From NCBI RefSeq assembly GCF_006345805.1, contig NC_043000.1, positions 153,264,001 to 153,328,000 of the forward strand: a stretch of 64,000 bases of DNA, written 5' to 3'. Below the pieces are notes generated by a model. The model was not told the origin of the DNA. It made no database searches and saw only the letters and a program-made list of their open reading frames with translations. Below, one piece after another: positions 13,016 to 26,071 of the stretch (position 1 is the stretch's first letter; each line of letters opens with the position of its first letter). This stretch comes from Octopus sinensis (taxonomy: Eukaryota). Both the position numbers and the translations under genes were made by a program.

Positions 13016-13016
<1 letters not shown>
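12888..13016 (-). mobile_element. R4/Dong-clade LINE fragment embedded in (TAA)n
   Basis: RIWGMRTVNVVPMIIGALRTVSKDIDKRLKKIGI resembles the restriction-like endonuclease C-terminus seen at 60000-60170; (ATT)n on both sides. Confidence 0.8.
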
Positions 13017-13099
<83 letters not shown>

Positions 13100-13122
13100 C
13101 ATCATCATCATCATCATCATCA

Positions 13123-13171
<49 letters not shown>

Positions 13172-13172
13172 C

Positions 13173-13395
13173 AAGGCGGCGCGGTGGCAGAAGCGTTAGC
13201 ACGCCGGCGAAATGCTTAGCGGTATTTCGTCTGATGTTACATTTTGAGTTCATATTCCGACGAGGTCGAATTTGCCTGTCGTTCTTTCGGATTGGATAAA
13301 ATTAGTACCAGTTACGCACTGGGGTCAATGTAATCGACTTAATGCCCCCACACCCAAATTTGAGGCCTTGTGCTTCCAAAGAAAGGATTATCATT
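13173..13395 (+). mobile_element. SINE family M, tail B
   Basis: Full head; tail CCCAAATTTGAGGCCTTGTGC..GAAAGGATTA followed by (ATT)n. Confidence 0.9.
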
Positions 13396-13441
13396 GTTAT
13401 TATTATTATTATCATCGTCGTCATCGCCGTCGTCATCATCA

Positions 13442-13510
<69 letters not shown>

Positions 13511-13565
13511 GTATTATTATATTATTATTATTATATATTATTATTATTATATTATCATTATTATT

Positions 13566-13785
13566 AAGCAGCGTGCTGGCAGAATTGTTAGCACGCCGGG
13601 TGAAATGTTAGCGGCATTTCGTCTACCCTTACATTCTAAGTTCAAATTCCTCCGAGGTAACTTTGCCTTTCATCCTTTCGAGATCGATAAAATAAATACC
13701 AGTTACACAGTGAGGCCGATGTAATTGACAATCTTCCCCCCCCCAAATTTCAGGCCTTGTGCCTCTAGTAGAAAATATTATCACC
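13566..13785 (+). mobile_element. SINE family M, tail B
   Basis: Same organisation as 13173-13395. Confidence 0.9.
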
Positions 13786-13939
13786 ATCATCATCATCATC
13801 ATTATTCGTCATGGTGTTGGTGATGGTGGTAGGTGAGTTTTACGAGTCTCAGGCTGAATTGAATGTCTTTACAATCTCTCTTTTCGCTTCCTTCTCTCTT
13901 ACACAATTTGTATGTGTGTGTGTGTGTGTGTGTGCGTGT

Positions 13940-14097
13940 GTGTATTTCCTCTCCTTTTTTATTTCTGTTCCTTTCTGTCGAAGAGCATAGGCTCGAAACG
14001 TAAAAGACTTTCTCACTTCTCGAGCGTTAAACTAATACATCTGTTTGTTGTTTACACACCCGTCTTCATCTTTTGTATTTTTGTAAATTCTCACTAT
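13940..14097 (+). repeat. Penelope-like repeat family P1
   Basis: GTCGAAGAGCATAGGCTCGAAACGT motif; ends TTCTCAC immediately before (TA)n. Confidence 0.7.
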
Positions 14098-15077
14098 ATA
14101 TATATATATATATATATATGTCGCCACTCACACACGCGCACGCACACGCACACATATATACATACATGAATGTGTACATTGATGGCTCTGTATCTTGTAT
14201 CTTTGCGTATGTGTGTGCGTTTGCGTATGTGTGTTTGTGTGTGTTGTGTATGCTCGTGTGCGTGCATACATATTTGTTGGATATACGAATATATTTTCGT
14301 TTATTTGTGTTCGTGGCGGTGTGTCACTGTTTAGGGTTGGTCTGATGCACGTTGAACTGCGATTACGTATATATATATATATATGGGAATGATTGTATGA
14401 TACGGATTTATGTGTGCCCTTGCACGCGTGTTTTTTTCTTGTGCATGTTTGCATGGGATTGTTCTTGCGTAGTGGTGAACTCTAGATTATTTCTTAAAAG
14501 CAGCTGTGGATGTATGATGTAGTATCTAATCAGAACTCCCTTAAACCGGGTTAATCATGTTAAAAGTTTTTGGTTGATAGCGAGAAGCCATCGATAAGCC
14601 GCGATAACCAGAGAGAATGCGTTTAAATTCATCTGGCAAAGAGCGGCAAGCTATTTAATAGAAATAAATAAAATGGGTGCGGTGAAGGGAGGGGTAAGGA
14701 ATGAGCAAGATTTACTCATACAGACACGCGCACGCACACTCACACAAACACACACACGCAAACACACACACATACACACGCACATACACACATACACACT
14801 AGCATTCACACACACAAATATTCACAGTAATACCAGACACACATGCGTAATGAGCAGTAACAAAATACATACATAAACACGTGCGTGCGAGTGCGTGTGT
14901 GTGTATGAGTGTATGTGTGTATGACTGTGTGTTTGTGTGTATATATATGTGTGTGTGTGTGTGTGCTTGTGAATTTATATACGTGCTTGTGTATACATAT
15001 ATACATGTTCAGACTTATTTGTATGCAAGCACACTCATACATATATACATACGCACATATATACACACAGACGCACG

Positions 15078-15413
15078 TATGTATGTATGTATGTATGTAT
15101 GTATGTATGTATGTATGTATGTATGTATTTATGTATGTATGTATGTATGTATGTATATATGTATGTATGTATGTATTTATGTATGTATGTATGTATGTAT
15201 GTATGTAGTTGTAGTAGTATATAGATGTATGTATGTATGTATGTATGTATATATGTATGTATGTATGTATGTATGTGTGTGTATGTATGTATGTATGTAT
15301 GTATGTATGTATGTATGTATGTATGTATGTATTTATGTATGTATGTATGTATGTATGTATGTATGTATGTATGTATTTATGTATGTATGTATGTATGTAT
15401 GTATGTATGTATG

Positions 15414-15447
<34 letters not shown>

Positions 15448-15568
15448 TGTATTATGTATGTATGTATGTATGTATGTATGTATGTATGTATATATGTATG
15501 TATGTATTTATGTATGTATGTATGTATGTATGTATGTATGTATGTATGTATGTATGTATATATGTATG

Positions 15569-15599
<31 letters not shown>

Positions 15600-15724
15600 T
15601 TATGTATGTATGTATGTATGTATGTATGTATGTATGTATATATGTATGTATGTATGTATGTATATATGTATGTATGTATTTATGTATGTATGTATGTATG
15701 TATGTATGTATGTATGTATGTATG

Positions 15725-15755
<31 letters not shown>

Positions 15756-15824
15756 ATATGTATGTATGTATGTATTTATGTATGTATGTATGTATGTATG
15801 TATATATGTATGTATGTATGTATG

Positions 15825-15856
<32 letters not shown>

Positions 15857-15901
15857 CATGCATGGATGTATGTATGTATATATGTATGTATGTATGCATG
15901 C

Positions 15902-15934
<33 letters not shown>

Positions 15935-16076
15935 TGTATGTATGTATGTATGTATGTATGTATGTATATATGTATGTATGTATGTATGTATTTATGTATG
16001 TATGTATGTATATATGTATGTATGTATGTATTTATGTATGTATGTATGTATGTATGTGTGTATGTATGTATATATG
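15078..16076. repeat. (TATG)n microsatellite, about 1 kb
   Basis: Direct reading; source of the MYVC-repeat pseudo-ORFs. Confidence 0.99.
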
Positions 16077-16382
16077 TCAGTGTGTGTGGTGGGTTGTGTG
16101 CGTGCGCATGTTCGATCCTTTGGTATCACTTTCTAAAGTTATTGCAGACGTTGTTATGATCAAAAGCATTTTAGCCATGGCTTCTCCATTTTTCTTGGAA
16201 TAATGCACTAAGGACAGTATAGTCCGGGGTGTTTTTCATTTTTTTTTTTTGGTAAATGTTAGGGTGAGCATTAGAGGGATACTTCTCTGCTCTTTCTTAT
16301 AGATTGTTCGGCAGCTTCAACGGTCCCTCTTCAAGGAAGATATATTGTTTATTGATGTACAGCATTTAATTTTTTTTTATTG

Positions 16383-16601
16383 CACACAAGGGCTGAACAT
16401 AGAGGGGACAAAGAAGGACAGACAAACAGATTAAATCGATTACATCGACCGCAGTGTGTAACTGGTACTTAATTTATCGACCCCGAAAGGATGAAAGGAA
16501 ATGTCGACCTCGGCGGAATTTGAACTCAGAACGCAGCAGCGGACGAAGTAACACAAAGCATTTCGCCCGGTGTGCTAACGTTTCTGCCAGCTCGCCACCT
16601 T
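16383..16601 (-). mobile_element. SINE family M, tail A
   Basis: Reverse-complement match to 2615-2844. Confidence 0.92.
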
Positions 16602-16638
16602 GTACAGCTTTTAATTTAGCCGCAGGCGTATCTGTGTA

Positions 16639-17044
16639 GAGCTGGCAGAATCGTTAGCACGCCGAGCGAAATGCTTAGCCGTATTTCGTCTGCCGTTACG
16701 TTCTGAGTTCAAATTCCGCCGAGGTCGACTTTGCCTTTCATCCTTTCGGGGTCGATTAAATAAGTACCAGTTACGCACTGGGGTCGATATAATCGACTTA
16801 ATCCGTATGTCTGTCCTTGTTTGTCCTCTCTGTGTTTAGCCCCTTGTGGGTAGTAAAGAAATAGGTATTCGTCTGTCGTTACATTCTGAGTTCAAATTTT
16901 GCTGAGGTCGACTTTGCTTTTCATCCTTTCGGGGTCGATAAATTAAGTACCATTTAGCACTTGGGTCGATGTAATCGACTTAATACGTTTGTCCGTCCTT
17001 GTTTCCCCCTCCGTGTTTTACCCCTTGTGGGCAATTAAGAAATA
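16639..17044 (+). mobile_element. SINE family M dimer (full unit plus head-less unit)
   Basis: Junction AAAGAAATA|GGTATTCGTC at 16863/16864. Confidence 0.92.
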
Positions 17045-17045
17045 A

Positions 17046-17450
17046 GAAGTTTGCTTTCCAGCCACATGGTTCTGGGTTTACTTCCACTGCGTGGCACCTT
17101 GGGAGAGTTTCTTCTATTATAGCCTCGAGCCGCCCAAAGCCTTGTGAGTAGATTTGGTAGATGGAAACTGGAAGAAGCCCATGTGTATGTGTGTGTGTGT
17201 GCGCGTGATTGTTTGTGCATCTTTGTGTTTGTGTTTGTCATACACCGCCGCCTGACCACCGGTCTTGGTGTGCTAACCCCCTCCCCCAAAAATCTAGCGG
17301 TTTGGCAGAAAAGATCGATAGAATAAAGTATCAGGCTTGAGAAGAAAATAAATAAGTATTAGGGTCGATTAGTCCGACTATATATTCTTCAATGTGGTAC
17401 GCCTGCATGGTCGCAGTTAAATCATTGAAGCGAGAAAAAATAAGATAAAA
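17046..17450 (+). mobile_element. CORE-type SINE, head-truncated and diverged
   Basis: CCACATGGTTCTGGGTT..GGCACCTTGGG..GGAAACTGGAAGAAGCCC..CATGGTCGCAGTTAAAT. Confidence 0.85.
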
Positions 17451-17537
17451 ACATGTACAAGTATATAAGTGTGTGTTTATGTACGTGTTTTTGTGCATAT
17501 GTGTGCATTCGTGACCGAATATAAACACATGTGTGTG

Positions 17538-18098
<561 letters not shown>

Positions 18099-20017
18099 GC
18101 ACTGATTGATTATCTATGTTGCTTCTGAGTATATTTCTTGGAAGTAAAAAAAATAATTCAATTCCACCGAATGACCCAATTAGTTAATTACAGTGCGATT
18201 TATATGTCTGCGCAGTAGTTTGATGATCGCTTCTGTGATCTTTCAGTCTGTCTAGTCGAAAATAAGATGGATTGGATGAAATAATACTGCGGCCAAAGTT
18301 TAGTCTTATCTCATTTTTAGCACATTGACTCAACTGAACAGATCTTTGACACATTGGCTAAAGTGAAAATGATACATGTAGAAGTTTACTACATAAATTA
18401 TGCGCATGCAATGTTGCTACATGAGGAGTCTGTATACTCACATCAACACATGAATGAATGAATATATTTCTCTTTGTTTTGTTCAGATTTTATATTAGTC
18501 TATGGCTCATTACACCGCATAATTGAACTGAAAGCGAGTTTGATAGAATTCAGCTGGGTCGATTTGAAAACCGACTACTTGAGATTTGATGCTGTTTAGA
18601 ATCAAACAAACTCTAACTATGCAAACCTATAATCCAAGGTGTTCCAGTCTTGACCAATCCTTAGACATCATGTTTTGATTTGAAGAAGCTCTGGTTGTAC
18701 TTTCCAGGAGACTACATTAGCGACACCAGTTTACGTAGTCCAAAAGTAGTTTGAATTTCCTTGAGACTTTCAATGGAAATGGTTCAGTACAAATTAATGT
18801 AAATTTATACATACACACGGGCGCATACACACACGCATACGCGCACACACATACCCACAAACACACACATACCCACAAACACACACATACACATGCACAC
18901 ACACATGTATATGAGAAATTATGATAGACACAATTTTATTATGTTTATGATATAGTCTGATCCCAACGTACGTTTCGCCGCTGTGGTTATTTGTAACCTC
19001 TACATTGGATGTTCCAAGTATAATTATAAAATATATAATAAATATACCATCTACGAAGAAATTGTTCTATTGATGGCAACATATGTTACGAATCATATTG
19101 TAGCAGAACTTAAAAACTGCTAAATATTTCTCTGTCTCTGTAGATTTAACACCAAACAGGCTCGTGTTCATAAGCTGACAGCTGTTGTGCGTTATATTGT
19201 CCTGGGAAACGTTTTTGGCTTCATGTCTCTTAGGATTCCTAAAATAAAAGGGAATAAATTTTGAAGACTACCGGGAGCAGTCCTATGACAATGACAGTAA
19301 TATGTCAGGTTATTGCCCGGGAATGCAAGACAGAAGTAAGGAAATGAGCTAGTTGTAGCTTTTATTTGTTGGGCTGCTCATTCTTTAAATCTTGTTAGAC
19401 AGGCTAATTCGTCTTTCTGTTTTGAAGCAGTTAACTATTTCGACTTCATACAAAGGTAATACACATTCTCTTCTGTGTCAACTCACAGATGGGCAAATTC
19501 AATTAAGAAGGAAGTCAAAGTACACTAACTTTATAACCCTTATCAGACACTCGTAACTCTGCAGGAATTGATACTACTAAAGCTCGCATAGATAGATATA
19601 ACTGTATTAAAATGCGCTCATATATATTGAAGATTATCTAGAAGAAACACATGAACCATCATAGGAAGCTCAAACATTGGCAGAAAAAATAGACTTGAAA
19701 TTGATCTGATGATCAAGATCTGAAATTATTTCTTGCATCTTTAACTGTACAAATAAGACTTTATTAAGGAGTTGAAATTGGTGGGTAATTTTGCTTCTTT
19801 AAGAAATATTTCCTAAAGCTTCTTTGGCATATATATAATCAGTTGGAATTGGATGCCAGGAATACATGTGGAAATACAGACTACAAGGTAAGAAACGGTT
19901 GGCCAGGCAAGAGAAACAAACACGGTGCCAACACAACATCAGCTCAGAAAAGTTTCTTACTGCGAAAGAAAAAATCAGATGCGGTACTTTCAATCTCATT
20001 TTAGGACTGTAAAGAGT

Positions 20018-20413
20018 GAGGAGGAGGAAGCACTCGGTCGGTTACGACGACGAGGGTTCCAGTTGATCCGAATCAACGGAACAGCCTGCTCGTGAAATTA
20101 ACGTGTAAGTGGCTGAGCATTCCACAGACACGTGTACCCTTAACGTAGTTCTTCGGGAGATTCAGCGTGACACAGAGAGTGACAAGGCCGGTCCTTTGAA
20201 ATACAGGTACAACAGAAACAGGAAGTAAGAGTGAGAGAAAGTTGTGGTAAAAGAGTACAGCAGGGATCACCACCATCCCTGCCGTATCCTCGTGGAGCTT
20301 TTAGGTGTTTTTCGCTCAATAAACACTCACAACGCCTGGTCTGGGAATCGAAACCGCGATCCTATGACCGCGAGTCCGCTGTCCTAACAACTGGGCCATT
20401 GCGTCTCCACTTT
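20018..20413 (-). mobile_element. tRNA-derived SINE family V (octopus OR1/OK-like?), tail 1
   Basis: Minus-strand head GGAGACGCAATGGCCCAGTTGTTAGG..GGTTTCGATTCCC, core GAGCGAAAAACACCTAAAAGCTCCACGAG; 11-bp TSD CTGTAAAGAGT at 20007-20017 and 20414-20424. Confidence 0.92.
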
Positions 20414-20749
20414 CTGTAAAGAGTAGTGATCTAAAGACGATACAGTTTGATGAATTCATTAAAGCTATTTCAGACGCGAAGAGTTGAAAGAGATGTTTGT
20501 GTAAGAATGTAGCAGTATATGGTGGTTAAGTGGTAAAACTTTGTGCTTCGTTTTGATGATAAATTATTACACTGATGGATGGTTTTAATTTTTTTTATGT
20601 ACTAACTTGTCACTTTCAATTATACGCAACAGGAGGGTTTTCATATGTAAGTATAGTGATCTGTCATGGATTAAAAATTTTGTATGAAGATACACCGAAC
20701 TTGCAGGGCCACATACCTCACAAAGCTAAATCCAACCCTGAAAATGATA

Positions 20750-20780
20750 CCAATATATATATATATATATAGGTGTGTGT

Positions 20781-20824
<44 letters not shown>

Positions 20825-21075
20825 TATATATATATATATAAACATATATATATATAGTATATATATATATTAAAACATATATATATGTACATATATATAT
20901 ATGTATATATATATATGTATGTATATAATGTATGTATATATATGTATATGTATGTATATATATATATACATACATACATATAAATACATACATATATATC
21001 TATATATATATATATATATAATATATATATATATAATATATATAATATATATATATATATACATATACATATATT
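20750..21075. repeat. (TA)n-rich tract
   Basis: Direct reading of the sequence. Confidence 0.97.
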
Positions 21076-22898
21076 TATATGTTTAGTCGAGCATCGCCGT
21101 TTGGACATTATCGTGTTGGACAAGAAAGACAAATACTATTCTGGCTCTAGTTTTCATAGAAGATCTGTAGAAATAATTTTAAAAAGTGATTGAAGAGCAC
21201 TGCTAACACATGTAGGACACCGTATTAATTTATAAACCTTTGGTAGTATATTATTGTTGCATACCAAAATACGGTGTCCCTACCAACAATTAACTTGCTT
21301 GTCTATATAATATGTCACTACATATATATAGATATGTCTGTGTGGATCTGGATGTGTGTGATTGTATATATGTATGTATGTAGTCATAAATACATTCGTG
21401 TACGAGTGTGTGTTTCTCTGTATTTTTGTGCACACCTCTACACGTACTTTTAAGAGTAAACGTGCGTATATATTTTTATGTACACATCCCGTTATATATT
21501 AATGTACATGTAAGTATATTGTATAGAAGTACATAAAAAGAATGTGAAGACGAGCTATCGAGCAAGTGCAAGAGAAAGGAAAAAGGAAGAGAGAAAAAAT
21601 GAAAGAAAGAGTGGTTAAAGAGAGAGGATGAGAAAACATGCAAGTAGTTAAATGCTATTTTTCCTTTCTTATATCATCCTGCTGTAGGACCCGTGGCTCC
21701 TATTCTTTTCCTGTCACAACAACAGCACAAACAAAAGAAGAAGCAAGCAGATGAAAAAGCAGGCTCATAACAGTTGCCAAACAGATGAAAATTAAATCAA
21801 TAGATAAAACAAATATAAAACAATACGAGTTAACAATAACAACATTAATGCCGCTTGACTTAGTTCCGGTTCGCCTCTTTCCTACTTTTGTGATATGATC
21901 TAAGACAACAGTATCATATTTTATAAAAATCCACATTGCGTTAGAGCTAATATATGTAATTATTACCCTACTGCTGTTACGCTGTCTTCTCTCTCTCTTT
22001 CTCTTTCTTTTTCACTTTTACTCAGGCCCTCTTTCTTTTTCTCATTTTCTCATACTCGTTCTCTCTTTCTTTGCCATGTAATACACGCATAACACATACA
22101 CACATTTTCACTCATACGCATGCACTGTCTCTCACACTACACATACCCATGAATATATAATTTAATTCGGTCAGCCGGAACCAGAAATAGGCTAAAAAAC
22201 CCTGGGTTTCAACAAGCGCGAATAATTACGCGTACTTGAAACGACAGTCTGCTATACTGGTTAGAGATATTTGACAACAAACAAGATGGTGGACAGAATA
22301 TGGTATATCCCGATCATTATGTGAAACACACTTTCCAAATGTGTTATCCTCTTCTGGCCTCGCAACTAAGTATCTTATGCCTATACCAATCTATAAAATC
22401 TGAAAATATCCTGCTATAATAAAACCCGATTTTAATCTAAATATTGGATGAATGGATTATATATATATATATATATATGAAAATTTCTTCATACAACTTG
22501 ATCAAATATTCAATATGAGCTATATGTAGACATGCATAAATTCTATAGGTTTAAAACCTTTCATCGGATCTCCATGAATCGAACTTTCTTCAATGCAGTT
22601 AATCTTACAACCTCTTTTGTATCTACACCTTTTGATAGTTTGGGAATTCTCTGATATTTTTTCGGCTGACGAGTACAAGCCATCTGTATTCACTGCATTT
22701 TTTGTAGCTTATTAAGATGTCCTCGTACAAAACGATCGTACCGAGATTTTAATTCCATTCTTGTTGCTTTTTTCCTATTTGTAATCACCCCACTTGTCGT
22801 ATGGTTAACACCATAAGATTTCCGGTGCATCCTAGTTAAGGACATATTTCATGTGAATTCTTTAGAATTCACTAGAATCTCAATTACTTAACCGAGTA

Positions 22899-22937
<39 letters not shown>

Positions 22938-22942
<5 letters not shown>

Positions 22943-23099
22943 GTTGTACTTTATTTAAAGCAGAGAAAATTCAACAAAAACTCAGAGTAGTAACAGGTTT
23001 TGTTGAATTTTCTACTGCTTTAAATAAAACATATTACTCTACCACTGGTATTGAGTACTCTTTTTTCCACGTTGTTTCACATTTATGTGTTTACTCCGG

Positions 23100-23132
<33 letters not shown>

Positions 23133-23309
23133 ATATATATATATATATATTTGTGTGTACTTTATTTAAAGCAGCAGAAAATTCAACAAAAACTCAGAGT
23201 AACAGGTTTTGTTGAATTTTCTACTGCTTTAAATAAAACATATTACTCTACCACTGGTATTTGAGTACTCTTTTTTCCACGTTGTTTCACATTTATGTGT
23301 TTACTCCGG
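22938..23309 (+). mobile_element. Two tandem fold-back units of Penelope-like repeat family P3 separated by (TA)n
   Basis: Units 22938-23099 and 23150-23309 are nearly identical; each starts with an about 30-bp inverted repeat and ends TTACTCCGG-(TA)n; same family as 33250-33686. Confidence 0.85.
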
Positions 23310-23352
<43 letters not shown>

Positions 23353-23960
23353 ACCGTATATTCAGAAATTAAGAAATGACTGTGCTAGCTATATATAGGG
23401 AGTTTCTTTTAGCTTGTTATAGGTACAGCATGTATAGAATGGATTACATAAGTTTTGTTGGGAAGGTTCGTTTGTATCATTGTTTTTATCTGCTTTTGTA
23501 GTTGGTGTTTATGTATTCGTGTCAATGTGTATGGTACTCCAAAATGATAGATGCCCTTGTGAACATCGTAATTTTTAAGTATGTATATATAATACACAAC
23601 ATATAAAGACGTCAATACATATGAGCATAAGTAATGAATAATATATAATAAAGTACATGGCATAAAGCTAAAATAATCACGTCTTTTCTAAAATACATAG
23701 TAAAATATATACAGTAAAATATTGCCTCGAAAATAGGCACGAGTGGATTATATCAACCCTTGTCTGGTGCATTATTTTATAAATCCCGCAGGGATGAAAG
23801 GCAAAGTTGATCTCCGAAGGATTTAATTTCAGAACTTAGCGGTAGAGATTATTGACAATTGATATTGAAATTAAGCGTTCTAAAGTCAGAACGTTCTAAA
23901 CTCAAAACTTAAATTGAATGGCAGCCATGCCGGAGTACTGACTTGAATTGTTTGTTTGAA

Positions 23961-24002
<42 letters not shown>

Positions 24003-24551
24003 ACACATGCATAAACATAGTAACAAGAAAGGCAAAAACATAACTGGTGTATTTAAGTTTTATATAACATACGGGAGCAATTTCATTTACATATATGCAT
24101 ATATGCGTGAGTGTGTGCGTGTATGTGTGTGTGTATATATATATGTGTGTGTGTATATATATATATGTGTGTGTATATCTATTATATAAAATCCGTTCTG
24201 TCTGTCTATATGTTTGTCTTCTAGGATCTCGGGCATCCTCCATCCAATTGCGCTCAAATTTGATATGTAGATACCGACGGTAGCAGGGCGTGTATAAGTC
24301 TTGAAAAAATTACAAAAATCGATTCCAGGTTAGAATGCGATGGATAAAGCCGTGGGAACGTACATTTGTAAAATCGTTTTTCTTGTAATAGAATAAAAGT
24401 CTATCTTCTTTTGCTGGTGTCTCAAATTTAGGTTAAATCAGTGTTTCTCAAAGGAGAGGCCTATGGGATGGTCGGACAAGTTGTTTTGAGAAAATTTTGT
24501 TTAAATGTTTGATAACTCAGCACCATCCATTAGACGGGGGACGTTTTGCTC

Positions 24552-24609
<58 letters not shown>

Positions 24610-24764
24610 TACTTGTGTATACAAATTGTGTACAAATAGATGTACGACTGCTACTGTTCAGAGGTCGATGTACATTATCATAGTCAGTTAGCCTCCAGAG
24701 TAGTGACTAAATGATTACTATACTACTATAATATTACTAGTTATGAAACTGTGAAATGTAGGAG

Positions 24765-24983
24765 AAATTAAGATAAATACAAGTTTATATTATGAGTTTC
24801 TACGCACTATGGGTGCTTGAAACTCTGCATTGTCTGTAACTTAATGCAATAGAGTGTTCCCTGATGATCCGTTCTGGTTAAGCACCCATATGCACTTTGA
24901 ACATCAAATGCAGAGTTGCGAGGAACCACAACGGTGAAACGTACGTAGAAACTCATTATATAAACTCGTGTTTATCTTAATTT
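24765..24983 (+). ncRNA. Type I hammerhead ribozyme inside a fold-back Penelope-like element
   Basis: CTGATGA 24861-67; stem II CCGTT/AACGG plus TGGTT/AACCA; GAAA 24936-39; palindromic stem III ACGTACGT; GUA cleavage triplet; bulged stem I GAGTGTTCC/GAAACTC; 37/40-bp inverted arms at 24765-24804 and 24944-24983. Confidence 0.7.
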
Positions 24984-25008
24984 ATCCTCTGTGTGTGTGT
25001 GTGTGTGT

Positions 25009-25048
<40 letters not shown>

Positions 25049-25641
25049 GCATATAGTCAAGAGCTATAAGCGTTGAACATATTTCTATTTAACCATGTAA
25101 CTTTCATAGGGTAACGTCTGTTTTGCAACCTTCAGCATGCACTGTTAATTTTGATAGACAAGAAATTATGCGTAGATGTCTGCCTAAATATTAAGAGGAG
25201 CTTATTATGATAGCTGCACGATTTTCTAAATCCATATATTTTACTACTCGCTCATTTGTGTGTAGACATGCATACATAGATACATACATACATACATACA
25301 TACATACATACATACATACATACAAACAAACATACATACATACATACATACATACATACGTACGTACATACATACATCTACCAAATTAACTTGTTAGGCT
25401 ATAATAAAAGACACTTGCCCAAGATTCCACGCAGCGGGAATGAACCCGAAACCACGTGGTTGTGAATGAACTTAACACAACCATGCCTGCGCCTACATAA
25501 ATAATAAAACAGCCATATTGCAACTAATGCAAATATACTTTTCAACAGCAAACACGTTAACCCTTTCACTGTGGAAAGCAGAAATATCCACTCCAAATTC
25601 CTCCCCCCCCCACTTAACTGTGGAAAGCAGTTTTATATACC

Positions 25642-26056
25642 TATTTCTTTACTACCCACAAGGGGCTAAACACAAAGAGAACAAACAAGGACAGACAAAC
25701 AGATTAAGTCGATTATATCGACCCCAGTGCGTAACTGGTACTTAATTTATCGACCTCGAAAGGATGAAAGGCAAAGTCGACCTCGGCGGAATTTGAACTC
25801 AGAACGTAACGGCGGACGAAATACCTATTTCTTTATTACCCACAAGGGGCTAAACACAGAGGGGACAAACAAGGACAGACATAGGTATTAAGTCGATTAC
25901 ATCGACCCCAGTGCGTAACTGGTACTTAATTTATCGACCCGGAAAGGATGAAAGGCAAAGTCGACCTCGGCGGAATTTGAACTCAGAACGTAACGGCGGA
26001 CGAAATACCGCTAAGCATTTCGCCCGGTGTGCTAACGTTCTGCCAGCTCGCCGCCT
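25642..26056 (-). mobile_element. SINE family M dimer
   Basis: Same junction as 16863; 15-bp TSD GCAGTTTTATATACC at 25627-41 and 26057-71. Confidence 0.95.
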
Positions 26057-26071
26057 TGCAGTTTTATATAC

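Noticed and set aside
13978-14012. Functional hammerhead in family P1 (GAAGAGCATAGGCTCGAAACGT)
   Set aside because: Core positions 3-4 vary between copies (TC, TT, TG) and no stem I can be formed; kept only as a Penelope-like signature.
14881-16203. 440-aa MYVC-repeat ORF
   Set aside because: Translation of (TATG)n; no other evidence of coding.
21700-21936. Hydrophobic 78-aa ORF resembling a membrane protein
   Set aside because: Hydrophobicity follows automatically from the T-rich antisense of an A-rich tract; no recognisable motif.
24438-24500. hAT MITE starting CAGTGTTTCTCAAA
   Set aside because: The matching right TIR is too degenerate and no TSD was found.
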